From an uncultured Methylomirabilota bacterium (GTDB lineage: Bacteria; Methylomirabilota; Methylomirabilia; Methylomirabilales; 2-02-FULL-66-22): DNA of 64,000 bases. Where the stretch lies: assembly GCA_963705305.1 (NCBI GenBank), contig OY970067.1, positions 352,001 to 416,000 of the forward strand, given 5' to 3'. This document shows, piece by piece, positions 52,347-64,000 of this stretch (position 1 is the first letter of the stretch; every line of letters starts with the position of its first letter). Under the pieces are notes generated by a model. That model made no database searches and was not told the DNA's origin. It saw only the letters and a list, made by a program, of their open reading frames with translations. The translations under genes were made by a program, and so were the position numbers.

Positions 52347-54428
52347 ATGTCTCGAAAACGGAGCGGCATCACCCGACGGCAGTTCTTGCAGCAGACGGCA
52401 CTGGCCTCGAGCGCGGTAGCATTGGCGGGCCTGTACCCGCCGCTCATCCGCGCCGGCGAGGCGGCGGAGGCCAAGCTCGGGGCCCGATTCATCGGCAAGC
52501 TCGAAGGGCCCGAAATCCTCCGCGACGCGGCGAAATTCCCCAAGGCGTTCAAGGAGGCTCCCATGCTGGCCGAGCTGGTGAAGGCTGGCAAGCTCCCGCC
52601 CGTGGACAAGCGCCTGCCCGAGCCGGCCGAGCTGATGGTGATCAAGCCCCTGAAGGAGATCGGGAAGTACGGCGGCCGCTGGCGCCGGGGATTCACCGGG
52701 CCCGCCGACAACGAGAACGGCAACCGCATCGTCTCCACCGACAAGATCCTGATGTTCGACTATACCGGCAACAAGATCGCGCCCGCCCTGGCCAAGGACT
52801 GGCACCTCAGCGACGACGGGAAGGTCTGCACCATCTCCCTGCGCCGCGGTATGAAGTGGTCGGACGGGCAGCCGTTCACCGCGGACGACTTCCTCTTCTG
52901 GTACGAGGACATTTACCAGAACAAGGAGCTGGTGCCGACGCCGATGCCGGAGCTCCAGATCAATGGCAAGCTCGGCCGCATGTTCAAGCAGGACGATTAC
53001 ACCCTCGTCTTCGAGTTCCCCGAGCCCTACTTCCTCTTTGTGGACATCCTGGCCGGGGACACGCTGATCGGCGGCGGGCAGGCGACGGGGGCGGCGCGCG
53101 CGGCCTTCATGGGCGGCTACGCCCCGGCCCACTACGTCAAGCAGTTCCTGCCCAAGTATTCCTCGGTGGATGAGGCCACGCGAAAGGCCAAGGCCGCCGG
53201 TTTCGACAGCTGGGTGAGTTACGTCCGGAACCGCACCAACTGGGCGCTCAACGTGGAGCTGCCCATCGTCGGTCCCTGGAAGACGGTGAGCCCGATCAAC
53301 ACGCCCACCTGGGGGATGGAGCGGAACCCGTACTACTGGGCGGTGGACACGGCGGGAAATCAACTGCCGTACATCGACCGGATTGCCATGGGCCTGGCGG
53401 AGAACCTGGAGGTCCTGAACCTGCGGGCCATCGCGGGCGAGTACGACTTCCAGGCGCGCCACGTCAGCCTCTCCAAGATGCCCGTGTTCATCGAGAATCA
53501 GAAGAAGGGCGATTACAGGATCCACCTGGACACCTCGCAGAGCGGCTGTGATGCGGCCCTGCTGATCAACACGGCCTACGAGGCCGATCCGGAAATCGCC
53601 AAGTGGCTGACCAACAAGGACTTCCGCCACGCCATGGCGCTCGGCATCGACCGCGACCAGCTGAACGAGGCCCTCTGGCTCGGCCTGGGGACCCCCGGCT
53701 CGTGCGCGCCGGCCGAGGATGTGCCCATCAGCCCGGGGAAGGAATACCGGAAGAAGTGGGCCGTCCTAAACGTGAAGCAGGCCAACGCCCTGCTGGACAA
53801 GATCGGCCTGACCAAGAAGGACGGCGAAGGGTACCGGCTGCGCACCGACGGCAAGGGACGCGTTCGCATCGAGCTGATGTCGGTCGGCGGGCAATTCATC
53901 CCCTACACCCAGATGGGCGAGATGATCAAGCAGCAGTGGGTGAAGATCGGCATCGACGCCGATGTGAAGGAGACCGAGCGCGGCCTGGCCTTCACCAAAA
54001 CGGCCAACGCCGAGCACCAGATCATGTTCTGGACAGTGGGGGGATCGGAGAACCTCTACCTCTTCCCGCGCCACGTCCTCCCCGTGGATCCGGCCGAGTG
54101 CCATATCGGGATGCCCTTCGCCCGCTGGTACGCCAGCAACGGGACCCAGGGCAAGAAGCCGACCAACCCCGAGATGCTCCGGGCCTTCGAGCTCTACCGC
54201 TCGGCGGCGGGCAAGAAGGAGCCCGAGCGCGTCAAGATCGCGCAGGAGATCTGGAAGATCATCCTGGAGGAGTGCTGGGTCATCGGCACGGTGGGACTGT
54301 CGCCCGCGTTCATGGGGGTGCGGATCGTCAAGAACACCATGGGCAACATCCCCGCACGCCAGACCAACGCGCAGCACGCCCGCACGCCCAACACCTCGCA
54401 CCCGTCCACCTTCTTCTTCAAGGCGTAA
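52347..54428 (+). CDS. Family-5 (peptide/oligosaccharide) ABC substrate-binding protein, Tat signal
   Basis: TRRQFL, EAPMLAELVKAGKLPPVDKRLP, KWSDGQPFTADD, RNPYYWAVDTAGNQLPYID. Confidence 0.93.
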   Translation: MSRKRSGITRRQFLQQTALASSAVALAGLYPPLIRAGEAAEAKLGARFIGKLEGPEILRDAAKFPKAFKEAPMLAELVKAGKLPPVDKRLPEPAELMVIKPLKEIGKYGGRWRRGFTGPADNENGNRIVSTDKILMFDYTGNKIAPALAKDWHLSDDGKVCTISLRRGMKWSDGQPFTADDFLFWYEDIYQNKELVPTPMPELQINGKLGRMFKQDDYTLVFEFPEPYFLFVDILAGDTLIGGGQATGAARAAFMGGYAPAHYVKQFLPKYSSVDEATRKAKAAGFDSWVSYVRNRTNWALNVELPIVGPWKTVSPINTPTWGMERNPYYWAVDTAGNQLPYIDRIAMGLAENLEVLNLRAIAGEYDFQARHVSLSKMPVFIENQKKGDYRIHLDTSQSGCDAALLINTAYEADPEIAKWLTNKDFRHAMALGIDRDQLNEALWLGLGTPGSCAPAEDVPISPGKEYRKKWAVLNVKQANALLDKIGLTKKDGEGYRLRTDGKGRVRIELMSVGGQFIPYTQMGEMIKQQWVKIGIDADVKETERGLAFTKTANAEHQIMFWTVGGSENLYLFPRHVLPVDPAECHIGMPFARWYASNGTQGKKPTNPEMLRAFELYRSAAGKKEPERVKIAQEIWKIILEECWVIGTVGLSPAFMGVRIVKNTMGNIPARQTNAQHARTPNTSHPSTFFFKA

Positions 54429-54450
54429 TGGCGCGCTTCGCGCGCCATCA

Positions 54451-54481
54451 GCGGCCGCCCCGGAGCCTCCGGGGCGGCCGC
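54451..54481 (+). other. Intercistronic stem-loop after the SBP gene
   Basis: GCGGCCGCCCCGGA-GCC-TCCGGGGCGGCCGC; a similar hairpin follows the sugar SBP at about 40205-40236. Confidence 0.6.
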
Positions 54482-54507
54482 AACGGTTCCCGCCACGGGA
54501 GCGAACC

Positions 54508-55497
54508 ATGCTTGGCTATCTCATCCGCCGGCTGATCCTGGCCATCCTCACCTGCTGGGCCGTCTCCGTCCTCTCCTTTGTGGTGATCCAGCTCCCGCCG
54601 GGCGACTACATCACGTCTTACATCGCCGAGATGTCCGCCTCGGGGAGCGGTGTCTCGGCGGAGGAGGCGGAGGCGCTCCGCCACCAGTACGGGCTGGACC
54701 AGCCGCTTTACATCCAGTACCTGCGCTGGATGGAGATGGTCGTCCGGGGGAACTACGGGATGTCGCTGGAGTACATGCGGCCCGTCTCGGACGTGATCGG
54801 CGACCGCCTCTGGCTCACCATGGTGGTCTCCGTGGCGGCCATCATCCTCACCTGGATCCTCGCCCTCCCCATCGGGATCTACTCGGCGGTGCGACAGTAT
54901 TCTCTGGGCGATTACCTGGCCACCTTTGTGGGCTTCATCGGTCTGGCTGTCCCCAGCTTCCTGCTGGCGCTCATCGTCATGTACCTGGGCTACACCTACT
55001 TAAACGCCAACATCGGCGGGCTCTTTTCCGACCAGTACGCCGAGGCCCCGTGGACGCTGGGCAAGATCTGGGATCTGACCCGGCACCTGCCGATCCCGGC
55101 CGTGATCCTGGGCCTGGCCGGCACGGCCCAACTGATCCGGATCATGCGGGCCAACCTCCTGGACGAGCTGGGGAAGCCGTATGTCGTGACCGCCCGCGCC
55201 CGGGGGCTGCCCGAAACGCGGCTGATCCTGAAATACCCGGTCCGGGTGGCCTTGAACCCGTTTGCCAGCACCATCGGCTACCTGCTCCCCTTCGTGGTGT
55301 CGGGGAGCATCATCGTCTCCCTCGTCCTCAGCCTGCCCACGGTGGGCCCGCTGCTCCTCAAGGCGCTGATCGCCCAGGACATGTTCCTGGCGGGAACCAT
55401 CGTCCTGCTGCTGGGCGTGATGACGGTCATCGGAACCTTCTTGTCCGATCTCCTCCTGATGTGGATCGATCCCCGCATCCGGCTGGAGGGGAAGTGA
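54508..55497 (+). CDS. ABC permease (DppB/OppB-like)
   Basis: YGLDQPLYIQYLRW, KPYVVTARARGL, IDPRIR. Confidence 0.94.
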   Translation: MLGYLIRRLILAILTCWAVSVLSFVVIQLPPGDYITSYIAEMSASGSGVSAEEAEALRHQYGLDQPLYIQYLRWMEMVVRGNYGMSLEYMRPVSDVIGDRLWLTMVVSVAAIILTWILALPIGIYSAVRQYSLGDYLATFVGFIGLAVPSFLLALIVMYLGYTYLNANIGGLFSDQYAEAPWTLGKIWDLTRHLPIPAVILGLAGTAQLIRIMRANLLDELGKPYVVTARARGLPETRLILKYPVRVALNPFASTIGYLLPFVVSGSIIVSLVLSLPTVGPLLLKALIAQDMFLAGTIVLLLGVMTVIGTFLSDLLLMWIDPRIRLEGK

Positions 55498-56654
55498 TGA
55501 GCGCTGCCGAGGTTCGCCCCGGTCCGGCCGCCGAGGAGGAAGCGACACTGTCCGCCTCGACCACCGAGGAGCGCGTCTCGGTCGCCACCCAGTGGCAGCT
55601 CATGTGGTGGCGGTTCAGGAAGCACCGCCTGGCCATGGTAAGCACCGTGGTCGTGCTGCTCTTTTACCTGGCGGTGGCCGGCGCCGACTTCCTCGCCTAT
55701 TCGGACCCGCTGGCCTCCGAGGCCCAGCGGTCCCTCCTGCCCCCGCAGCGGATCCACTGGTTCGACGAGGGCCATTTCGCTCCCCACGTATACGGCCTGA
55801 AGGGGGTGCGGGATCCCATGACCTTCAAGCGCGTGTACGCACCCGATCCCGAGCAGAAGATTCCGGTCAAGTTCTTCACGCACGGATTCCGATACGCCCT
55901 CTTCTGGGTGATCCCCACGGACCTCCATTTGATCGGCGTGGAGGGCACCACGCCCGAGGAGTCGCTCTTCCTCATGGGCACCGATGAGCAGGGGCGCGAC
56001 ATGTGGTCCCGGCTCATGTACGGGACGCGCACCTCGCTCTCCATCGGCCTGGTCGGGGTGGCCCTCAGCCTGGTGCTGGGGGTGTTCCTGGGCGGGATCT
56101 CGGGGCTCTACGGCGGGGTCATGGACACCGTCATCCAGCGCATCATCGAGATCCTGCGCTCGATTCCCACCATCCCTCTGTGGATGGGTTTGGCGGCGGC
56201 CTTGCCCAACGACTGGTCCGTCGGGCAGGTCTACCTCGCCATCACCGTCATCATCTCCCTGGTCGGCTGGACCGAGCTGGCCCGCGTGGTCCGCGGCCGG
56301 TTCCTCTCGCTCCGGCAGGAGGACTTCGTGATGGCGGCGGAGCTGTGCGGCTGCGGACAGATGCGGATCATCTTCACCCACCTGGTGCCCTCGTTCCTCA
56401 GCCACATCATTGCCGCCACCACGCTGGCCATCCCCGCCATGATCATCAGCGAGACGTCCCTGAGCTTCCTGGGGCTGGGGCTGCGGCCCCCGGCCATCTC
56501 CTGGGGGGTGCTCCTGCAGCAGGCGCAGACCATCCAGGCCCTGGCCATCTCGCCCTGGCTGCTGTTGCCGGCCGTTCCCGTGATCGTCGCCATCCTGGCT
56601 TTCAACTTCATGGGTGACGGCTTGCGGGACGCGGCAGATCCGTATGGACATTGA
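55497..56654 (+). CDS. ABC permease (DppC/OppC-like)
   Basis: MGTDEQGRDMWSR, ETSLSFLGLG, GDGLRDAADP. Confidence 0.94.
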   Translation: MSAAEVRPGPAAEEEATLSASTTEERVSVATQWQLMWWRFRKHRLAMVSTVVVLLFYLAVAGADFLAYSDPLASEAQRSLLPPQRIHWFDEGHFAPHVYGLKGVRDPMTFKRVYAPDPEQKIPVKFFTHGFRYALFWVIPTDLHLIGVEGTTPEESLFLMGTDEQGRDMWSRLMYGTRTSLSIGLVGVALSLVLGVFLGGISGLYGGVMDTVIQRIIEILRSIPTIPLWMGLAAALPNDWSVGQVYLAITVIISLVGWTELARVVRGRFLSLRQEDFVMAAELCGCGQMRIIFTHLVPSFLSHIIAATTLAIPAMIISETSLSFLGLGLRPPAISWGVLLQQAQTIQALAISPWLLLPAVPVIVAILAFNFMGDGLRDAADPYGH

Positions 56655-57705
56655 GCGCCGAGACGGCGGGACGAGCCTCGTGAACGAACAGCCAGCAGCC
56701 ATGCGCCAACCCGAGCCGCCGATCCTCTCTGTGCGCGGCCTGCAAACCTACTTCTTTCCCGACGAAGGGACCGTCAAGGCGGTGGACGGAGCGAGCTTCG
56801 ACCTTTTGCCTCGGACGACCCTGGGCATCGTGGGCGAGAGCGGTTGCGGCAAGAGCGTGACCGCACGGTCCATCCTGCGCATCGTCGAGCGGCCCGGCCG
56901 GATCGTGAGCGGCTCCATCCTGCTCCGGAGGGACGGGGGCGAGGTAGACCTGACCCAACTCGATCCGCAAGGGCGCGAGATGCGGCAGATCCGCGGCGGG
57001 GACATCGGCCTGGTGTTCCAGGAGCCCATGACCTCCTTCAGCCCGGTCCACACCATTGGCAACCAGATCGTGGAGACGATCCGCCTGCATCATCCCCTGA
57101 GCAAGCTGGAGGCGCAGGAGCGGGCCATCGCCCTGCTCCGGTCCGTGGGGGTCCCCAAGCCCGAGCGGCGCGTCGACGAGTACGCCTTCGAGCTGTCCGG
57201 CGGCCTGCGCCAGCGGGCCATGATCGCCATGGCCCTCTCCTGCGGGCCGCGCATCCTGATCGCCGACGAGCCGACCACCGCCCTGGACGTCACCACGCAA
57301 GCCCAGATCCTGGACCTCCTGCGGGCGCTGCAAGAGCGCGAGGGGATGGCCATCATCCTGATCACGCACAATCTGGGCGTTGTGGCCGAGATGTGCGATC
57401 TGGTCGTGGTCATGTACCTGGGGCGTGTGGTGGAGGAGGGTCCCGTGGATTCCATCTTCCATGCCCCCCGCCACCCGTACACGCAGGCGCTCCTGCGCTC
57501 CATCCCGAGCATCCGCTCCACCGCGCGCACGCTTTTGCCCACCATCGCCGGCTCCATCCCCCACCCCTACAACCGACCCGCGGGCTGTCCCTTCCACCCC
57601 CGCTGCCCCGACTTCATGCCGGGGACGTGCGATCGGGCGGAGCCGGCGCTACGGCCCGTGGGGGACGGGCAGGCGGTGAGCTGCTTTCTCGGAGAGGGGA
57701 CGTGA
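56644..57705 (+). CDS. ABC ATPase (DppD/OppD-like)
   Basis: [32 protein letters not shown]; start uncertain. Confidence 0.94.
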   Translation: MDIERRDGGTSLVNEQPAAMRQPEPPILSVRGLQTYFFPDEGTVKAVDGASFDLLPRTTLGIVGESGCGKSVTARSILRIVERPGRIVSGSILLRRDGGEVDLTQLDPQGREMRQIRGGDIGLVFQEPMTSFSPVHTIGNQIVETIRLHHPLSKLEAQERAIALLRSVGVPKPERRVDEYAFELSGGLRQRAMIAMALSCGPRILIADEPTTALDVTTQAQILDLLRALQEREGMAIILITHNLGVVAEMCDLVVVMYLGRVVEEGPVDSIFHAPRHPYTQALLRSIPSIRSTARTLLPTIAGSIPHPYNRPAGCPFHPRCPDFMPGTCDRAEPALRPVGDGQAVSCFLGEGT

Positions 57706-57707
57706 CC

Positions 57708-58727
<1,020 letters not shown>

Positions 58728-58896
58728 AGGCTCGAGCTCCGCCCGAGCTCTTCTCACGGCTGCCGACTGCGTGCGCGGGCGCAGGCCCGAGCTGCTCGCA
58801 CGCCTGCATTGCGAGAGCACGGCCGATCCCCCGGACGGGGGTCCTGGGAGGACGCCTTCACGGGAACAGACGGGCGAAGAGAAGCGGTGGGCGGAT

Positions 58897-60783
58897 CTAC
58901 CGCACCCGCAGAAACCCGGTCGACAGCCACGGGACAGCCGCAACCGCGACGAGCGCGACCATCACCGCGACCAGGTACGGGAAGACGTGACGCATGGCCT
59001 CGTCGGGTGAGACCTTGCCGATCGCACACGCGGCGTAGAACCCAACGCCGAACGGCGGCGCGAAGAGCCCCACGCCCATGGCCAGGATCACCACCATGGC
59101 GTAGTGGACATCGTTCACGCCCATCAGACGGGAGACGGGGAAGAGCAGCGGCCCGAAGAGCACCACGGCCGGAATGCCCTCGAGAAAGCTCCCCAGGAGG
59201 ACGAATACCACGACCGAGGCCGCCAGGAAGCCGCCGCGGCCGCCGGGGACCCCGGCCAGAAGCCTCGCGAGCCCCTGCGAAAAGCCGGACTGGGTCAGCG
59301 CCCAGGCCATTGCCGTCGCCGTCGCGATGATGAGGAGGATCGCCCCGGACAGCGAGGCGGTCTCCACCAGCATCGGATAGATCCGCCGCCAGTCGAACTG
59401 GTGATAGATCAGGAGACCGATAACAACGGCGTAGGCGATGCCGACGGTCGACACCTCCGTCGCCGTCGCGACCCCTTCAATCACGGCGCCCAGGACGAGA
59501 AACGGCAGCGCCAGCGCGGGGAGGGCGGCAAAGAACTTCTTCAGGATGGTCAGGACGGTTGGGCGGGCCGTCCCCCTCAACCGCTCCCGGCCGGACCGCA
59601 CAAAGACGATGGCGGCCATGGACAGCGCGGCGATGGCGGCCGGCATCAGCCCTCCGGTGAACAAGGCGGCGATGGACACCCCTGTCACCGATCCGATGAT
59701 GATCACCACCAGGCTGGGCGGAATCGTCTCACCCATCGCGCCCGATGCCGAGAGCATTCCTACCAGCTCTCCCGGCTCCCATCCGCGGCGCTTCATCTCA
59801 GGAAAAAGCACCGGGGCAACCGCCGCCATGTCGGCGGCTTTGGCGCCGGAGATCCCCGACACGAAGTACATGGCCACCAGCAGGACATAGCCCAGCCCGC
59901 CACGCACATGGCCGATCAATGCGGCGATGAAGTCGATGAGCCTCCGCGTGATCCCGGCCATCTCGATGAGCAGGCCGAGCAGCACGAACAGGGGCACGGC
60001 CAGCAGCACCAGCGTGGACATCCCTTCGGTCATCCGGCCCACCACCACCGACAAGGGCATCTGGGTCGTCAGGGCCAGGTAAGCGAGGGTTGCGACGCCG
60101 AACGCGAATGCGATCGGCACGCTGGAGGAGACGAGCAGACCCACCAGCACGACGAAGAATAGGATGAGATTGACGTTGCCCAGGCGGGCGAGAGACGACT
60201 CAGCGAGGACCGCCGCCAGGCCTACCCCTCCCACCAGCAGGAGGGCCCCCACAAACATCCGCAGCGAGGCGGTCCCGGCCAGCCGCACGAGGGTGATGAC
60301 CAGCATCAAGAGAATCCCGACCAGGATTGCCGAGACGCTGTACGCCGCGGATACGTTCAGGGCGGGCATGGTGATGGCCGATTCGGTAATCAAGAAGCTT
60401 CTGGTGGGGCCGAGCATCTGCAGGGCGAAGGTCGCCATGACCACGAGCACCGCGACATCGATCCAGGCGCGCCACCTGTGCGAGGCGCGCTGCACGATGG
60501 CCGTCAACCGCATGTGCTCGTCCCGACGCAGCGCGACGGCGGCGCCGAGCATGTTCAACCAGACAAACAGGGTGGCGGCAAGTTCGTCCACCCAGAACAG
60601 CGGGCGGCCGAAGACGTACCGGGCGACAACCCCCGTCAACAGGAGGACGAACTCGACCAGCACCAGGACGGCTGCCGGTACCTCCGTGCTCCAGCGCAGG
60701 ACCTCATCGGCAACCTGCACCCATCGCGGGCCGGCTCGGGACGCGGAGGGCGCGGGACTGTCCGCGGAGACGCCGCTGTCCAT
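58897..60783 (-). CDS. TRAP transporter fused small/large permease (DctQM)
   Basis: DctQ-like N-terminus (VVARYVF..WVDELA) fused to DctM (LLAVPLF, ETIPPS, TATEVS). Confidence 0.92.
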   Translation of the reverse strand: MDSGVSADSPAPSASRAGPRWVQVADEVLRWSTEVPAAVLVLVEFVLLLTGVVARYVFGRPLFWVDELAATLFVWLNMLGAAVALRRDEHMRLTAIVQRASHRWRAWIDVAVLVVMATFALQMLGPTRSFLITESAITMPALNVSAAYSVSAILVGILLMLVITLVRLAGTASLRMFVGALLLVGGVGLAAVLAESSLARLGNVNLILFFVVLVGLLVSSSVPIAFAFGVATLAYLALTTQMPLSVVVGRMTEGMSTLVLLAVPLFVLLGLLIEMAGITRRLIDFIAALIGHVRGGLGYVLLVAMYFVSGISGAKAADMAAVAPVLFPEMKRRGWEPGELVGMLSASGAMGETIPPSLVVIIIGSVTGVSIAALFTGGLMPAAIAALSMAAIVFVRSGRERLRGTARPTVLTILKKFFAALPALALPFLVLGAVIEGVATATEVSTVGIAYAVVIGLLIYHQFDWRRIYPMLVETASLSGAILLIIATATAMAWALTQSGFSQGLARLLAGVPGGRGGFLAASVVVFVLLGSFLEGIPAVVLFGPLLFPVSRLMGVNDVHYAMVVILAMGVGLFAPPFGVGFYAACAIGKVSPDEAMRHVFPYLVAVMVALVAVAAVPWLSTGFLRVR

Positions 60784-60792
60784 GCAGCTCTC

Positions 60793-61806
60793 CTATCCGA
60801 GTTGCCCGGCATACCGCTCCAGCGCACCCCATGCGGTCTCGCCGAACTTCTGCTTCCACTCCCGATAATACCCGGCGCTCCTGAGCACGTCCCGGAACGG
60901 GCCCGTGACGGGGGTGTTGAAGATCATCCCGTGCGACACGAGTTTCTTGGCAATACTGTCGTTGAGGCCCTCCACGTCGGCGCGCTGCTTCACCGCCCCC
61001 TCGTTGAACCGTCGGATGACAATGTCCTGGAGGTCTTTGGGCAGCTTCCCCCAGGCGTCCCCGTTGGCCAGGATCCAGAAGCCGTCCCACATGTGGCTCG
61101 TCAGGGAGACGTACTTCTGGACCTCGTACAGCTTGAAGAGCTCGATGAGTCCCAACGCGTTTTCCTGCCCCTCGGCGAGTTTGGTCTGGAGCGCCGAGTA
61201 GGTCTCGTTCCAGTTGATGCTTGTGGGGGCCGCGCCCAAGGCGTTGAACATCGATGTCCACATCGGGCTGACCGGCACGCGGATCTTGAACCCCTTCAGG
61301 TCGGCCGGGGTGACGATGGGGTGGGTGCTGGTGGTGATCTGCCGGAAGCCGTTGTCCCAGATCTTCTCGAACGTGTAGAGGTTGGCCTTGGCGATGTCGC
61401 CCCGGATGTGCTTGCCCAGGTCCCCGTCCATGGCGGGCCAGACCTCCTTGTAGCTCTTCCAGGCGAACCCGACCCCATTGATGGACGCGACGGGAACGAG
61501 GGTCGCCAGAATCAGGCCGGAGAGATGGAAGAACTGGACCGCGCCGGCGCGCAGCTGGGAGAGCACATCCGTGTCGCCGCCCAGTTGGCTGTTGGGGAAG
61601 ACCTGGATCTCCAGGCGTCCGTTGGAGTCCTCCTTGATCGCCTTGATGGCCTCGGCCATCCTGATGTTCATCGGGTGCGTCATCGTCATGTTGTTGCAGT
61701 ACTTGTAGGTGAATTCGGCCGCCCGGGCCTTGCCGCGCAGGATCCCGACGCTCGCAACCGTTGCCCCCGCCCCGACCACGAATTGCCTGCGAGTTATGGA
61801 GCCCAT
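60793..61806 (-). CDS. TRAP substrate-binding protein (DctP), Tat signal
   Basis: TRRQFV, FPNSQLGGD, NGFRQIT, DLKGFKIRVP, EGQEN. Confidence 0.94.
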   Translation of the reverse strand: MGSITRRQFVVGAGATVASVGILRGKARAAEFTYKYCNNMTMTHPMNIRMAEAIKAIKEDSNGRLEIQVFPNSQLGGDTDVLSQLRAGAVQFFHLSGLILATLVPVASINGVGFAWKSYKEVWPAMDGDLGKHIRGDIAKANLYTFEKIWDNGFRQITTSTHPIVTPADLKGFKIRVPVSPMWTSMFNALGAAPTSINWNETYSALQTKLAEGQENALGLIELFKLYEVQKYVSLTSHMWDGFWILANGDAWGKLPKDLQDIVIRRFNEGAVKQRADVEGLNDSIAKKLVSHGMIFNTPVTGPFRDVLRSAGYYREWKQKFGETAWGALERYAGQLG

Positions 61807-62151
61807 GACTCACTCCTCCCTTGAAGTGTCTCCGATCACGCCATCGAAACCGCCGGCCCTATCACGACTCTGTGGCGTCCCGCGCTGTCCAGAACACTCA
61901 CAGCATTCCCGTTGATAACCCCGGAAGGCCTCCGTGCTGCCCGTCCCGTGTGCCGGCAGCCTGCCAGTGCGTCCGCATACGGGAATCGGGCGGGAGAATC
62001 CCCTGCAGGCGGCGCGCATGCACTCCTGGTCCACCCGGATCGGGGGGCGAAACGAGACCGTATGGGCAGCGAAGAATACCGCAGCCACGGGGACGGGTGT
62101 CAAGTGAAAACCCCCCGCACGAAGGAGATTCGGCGAGCGCCGTCGATGGTT

Positions 62152-63192
62152 TCACGGAACGAGGATCACCTTGCCTCCTTTGCCGGCCTCCAGGAGGGCC
62201 AGTGCTTCTTCCGCCTGCTCGAGCGGCATCTCGTGGGTGATCACCGGTTCCACACTGAGGAGGCCGCAGGCCAGAAGGTCCAGCATCCGCGTCCAGGTGC
62301 GGAACATCTCTCGCCCGTGGATCCCGATGATGGTGGCCTCCTTAAAGACCACGTCCGGCCCCAGATTCAAGCGGACGGGATCAGGAGGCAGCCCTATCAG
62401 GACGCACTTCCCGCCCTTCCGCAGGTACTGGAAGGCACTCCCCAGCGCCGCCGCGCTTCCCGACGCCTCGACGATCGCATCCACACCCACCCCGCCCGTG
62501 GCGGTCAAGATGCGATCCACCGTATCAGGCTGCCGCGGGTCGAGCGCGATCTCGCAGCCCATCCGCCTGGCCAGGACGAGCCGCTCGTCCCGGACGTCCA
62601 GGCCGATGACGCGCGATGCCCCCATGGCCCTGGCGGAGGCCACGGCGAACAGGCCGATGGGGCCGCAGCCGACCACCGCAAGAGTGCTGCCTCCCACGTT
62701 CAACTCCAGCACGGCCCGCAGCGAGGTGCCCAGCGGCTCCAGCATGGCCGCCACCCGTGGCGGGATCGTCGGCGGCAGTCGGTAGGCGCACAGCTCGGGA
62801 ATGGTCGTGTATTCCGCAAAACAGCCGTCCCGGTGAATGCCGAAGAGTTTCAGATTCCTGCAGATGTGTTGAAGGCCGTTTCGGCATTGGTAGCACGCTC
62901 CGCATGGCAGGTGAGTCTCCCCCGCCACATAATCCCCGACCCGAAGCGCCCGGACCCGGCTTCCGATCCCCACGACTTCGCCGCAGAACTCATGGCCCAT
63001 CACCAGGGGCAGCCGGATCCCGGCACCCCGAGCCCAGCTGTTCCACTGCGCGATGTGTAGGTCAGTCCCGCACACGGCGGAAGCTCTGACGCGCACCTGG
63101 ACTTCCTCCGGTCCCGGGTCGGGGACGGGAACGCTCCCCCGGGTGACCCCGGGCCCTTCGGCGGTCTTCAGGACGGCCTTCATGTTCACCAC
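62152..63192 (-). CDS. Zn-dependent dehydrogenase, L-threonine 3-dehydrogenase-like
   Basis: CGTDLHI, GHEFCG, CGACYQC..C, GCGPIG, GIHGREMFRTW. Confidence 0.85.
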   Translation of the reverse strand: MVNMKAVLKTAEGPGVTRGSVPVPDPGPEEVQVRVRASAVCGTDLHIAQWNSWARGAGIRLPLVMGHEFCGEVVGIGSRVRALRVGDYVAGETHLPCGACYQCRNGLQHICRNLKLFGIHRDGCFAEYTTIPELCAYRLPPTIPPRVAAMLEPLGTSLRAVLELNVGGSTLAVVGCGPIGLFAVASARAMGASRVIGLDVRDERLVLARRMGCEIALDPRQPDTVDRILTATGGVGVDAIVEASGSAAALGSAFQYLRKGGKCVLIGLPPDPVRLNLGPDVVFKEATIIGIHGREMFRTWTRMLDLLACGLLSVEPVITHEMPLEQAEEALALLEAGKGGKVILVP

Positions 63193-63263
63193 GCTTTGCC
63201 TCCAGCCCCGCCCGTGGATCCGTCGTCAGCACCATCCGGGTCCATTCGCAGGAATCCCGCTGT

Positions 63264-64000
63264 CTACCTCACCTGAGCGGTCAGCCCCCCGTCGACCATC
63301 AACGCCGTCCCGGTGATGTACGCGGCCTCATCCGAGGCCAGAAACAGCGCCGCCTGGGCCGTATCCCAGGCGTCCCCCTGCCTTCCCATGGGGCACATTC
63401 CTGCCCGCCGGATGAGCATCTTCTCCGCGTCGCCTCCGTAGGCGCCGGTCAACTGCGCCTTCACCATGGGCGTATCCATCAGGCCGGGGAGAATTGCGTT
63501 CGCACGAACGCCCTTCGCGGCGTACTGGATCGCGATCTCACGCGTCAGTGCAATGACCGCGGCCTTGGAGGCCGCATAGGCGACGGCGATGGCCGGCAGG
63601 CTCCGGATGGCGTTGGCGGAGGCAATGTTGACGATCGCCCCCCGACCCCGTCGTTCCATGTGGGGGAGGACGTGTTTGCAGGTGAGAAACATGCTCTTCA
63701 CGTTGATCCGCATGATCCGGTCCCAGTCCTCCTCGGCAAGCTCCACCGGGCCGCCCGGAATGGTGATGCCGACATTGTTATGGAGAACGTCGACGCTGCC
63801 AAAGGCTTCCAGGCATGCCTCTGCCATGCGCCGGCAGTCGGCCGATGATGTCACGTCGCAGGCCAGGGCGACGGCCTCGCCCCCCTCCGCAACGATCAGC
63901 CGCCGCGTGTCCTGCGCGGCGGTCAGGTCCAGGTCGACCAACAGTACCCGGCCGCCCTCGCGCGCATACAGGATGCTGGACGCTTTGCCATTCCCCATCC
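63264..64000 (-). CDS. SDR family oxidoreductase, 5' end outside window
   Basis: GMGNG, HNNVG, YAASK, ITGTALMVDGG. Confidence 0.92.
   Translation of the reverse strand, partial: MGNGKASSILYAREGGRVLLVDLDLTAAQDTRRLIVAEGGEAVALACDVTSSADCRRMAEACLEAFGSVDVLHNNVGITIPGGPVELAEEDWDRIMRINVKSMFLTCKHVLPHMERRGRGAIVNIASANAIRSLPAIAVAYAASKAAVIALTREIAIQYAAKGVRANAILPGLMDTPMVKAQLTGAYGGDAEKMLIRRAGMCPMGRQGDAWDTAQAALFLASDEAAYITGTALMVDGGLTAQVR

Overview
GC-rich bacterial window with two parts. Bases ~1.6-24.5 kb form a decayed accessory region bounded by a 33-bp direct repeat that resembles a tRNA 3' end. Its mobile content is a tRNA-Leu(CAA) 3'-half remnant, a frameshifted IS110/IS1111-type element, two MITEs, two diverged copies of a ~260-nt non-coding IS200/IS605-like element, a short serine recombinase next to a nitroreductase, a full group II intron and a second intron 5' fragment. 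Its cargo is a stress/envelope set: LemA-TPM-TPM, a sigma54 activator, BON, GlsB/YeaQ, a 22-aa-repeat protein, groES-groEL, SPFH, a glgX fragment and DedA. Bases ~24.6-64 kb hold ordinary transport and catabolic genes: DMTs, MarR-GNAT, an RND pump, a W/Mo aldehyde oxidoreductase, sugar ABC with a UlaG-like lactonase, a DgoK/DHDPS-family/FAH sugar-acid cluster, peptide ABC, TRAP and dehydrogenases. The most novel-looking signals are the duplicated ORF-less IS200/IS605-like structured element, the att-like repeats, and a duplicated enhancer/promoter module around the sigma54 activator. All calls come from reading the sequence; no database searches were run.
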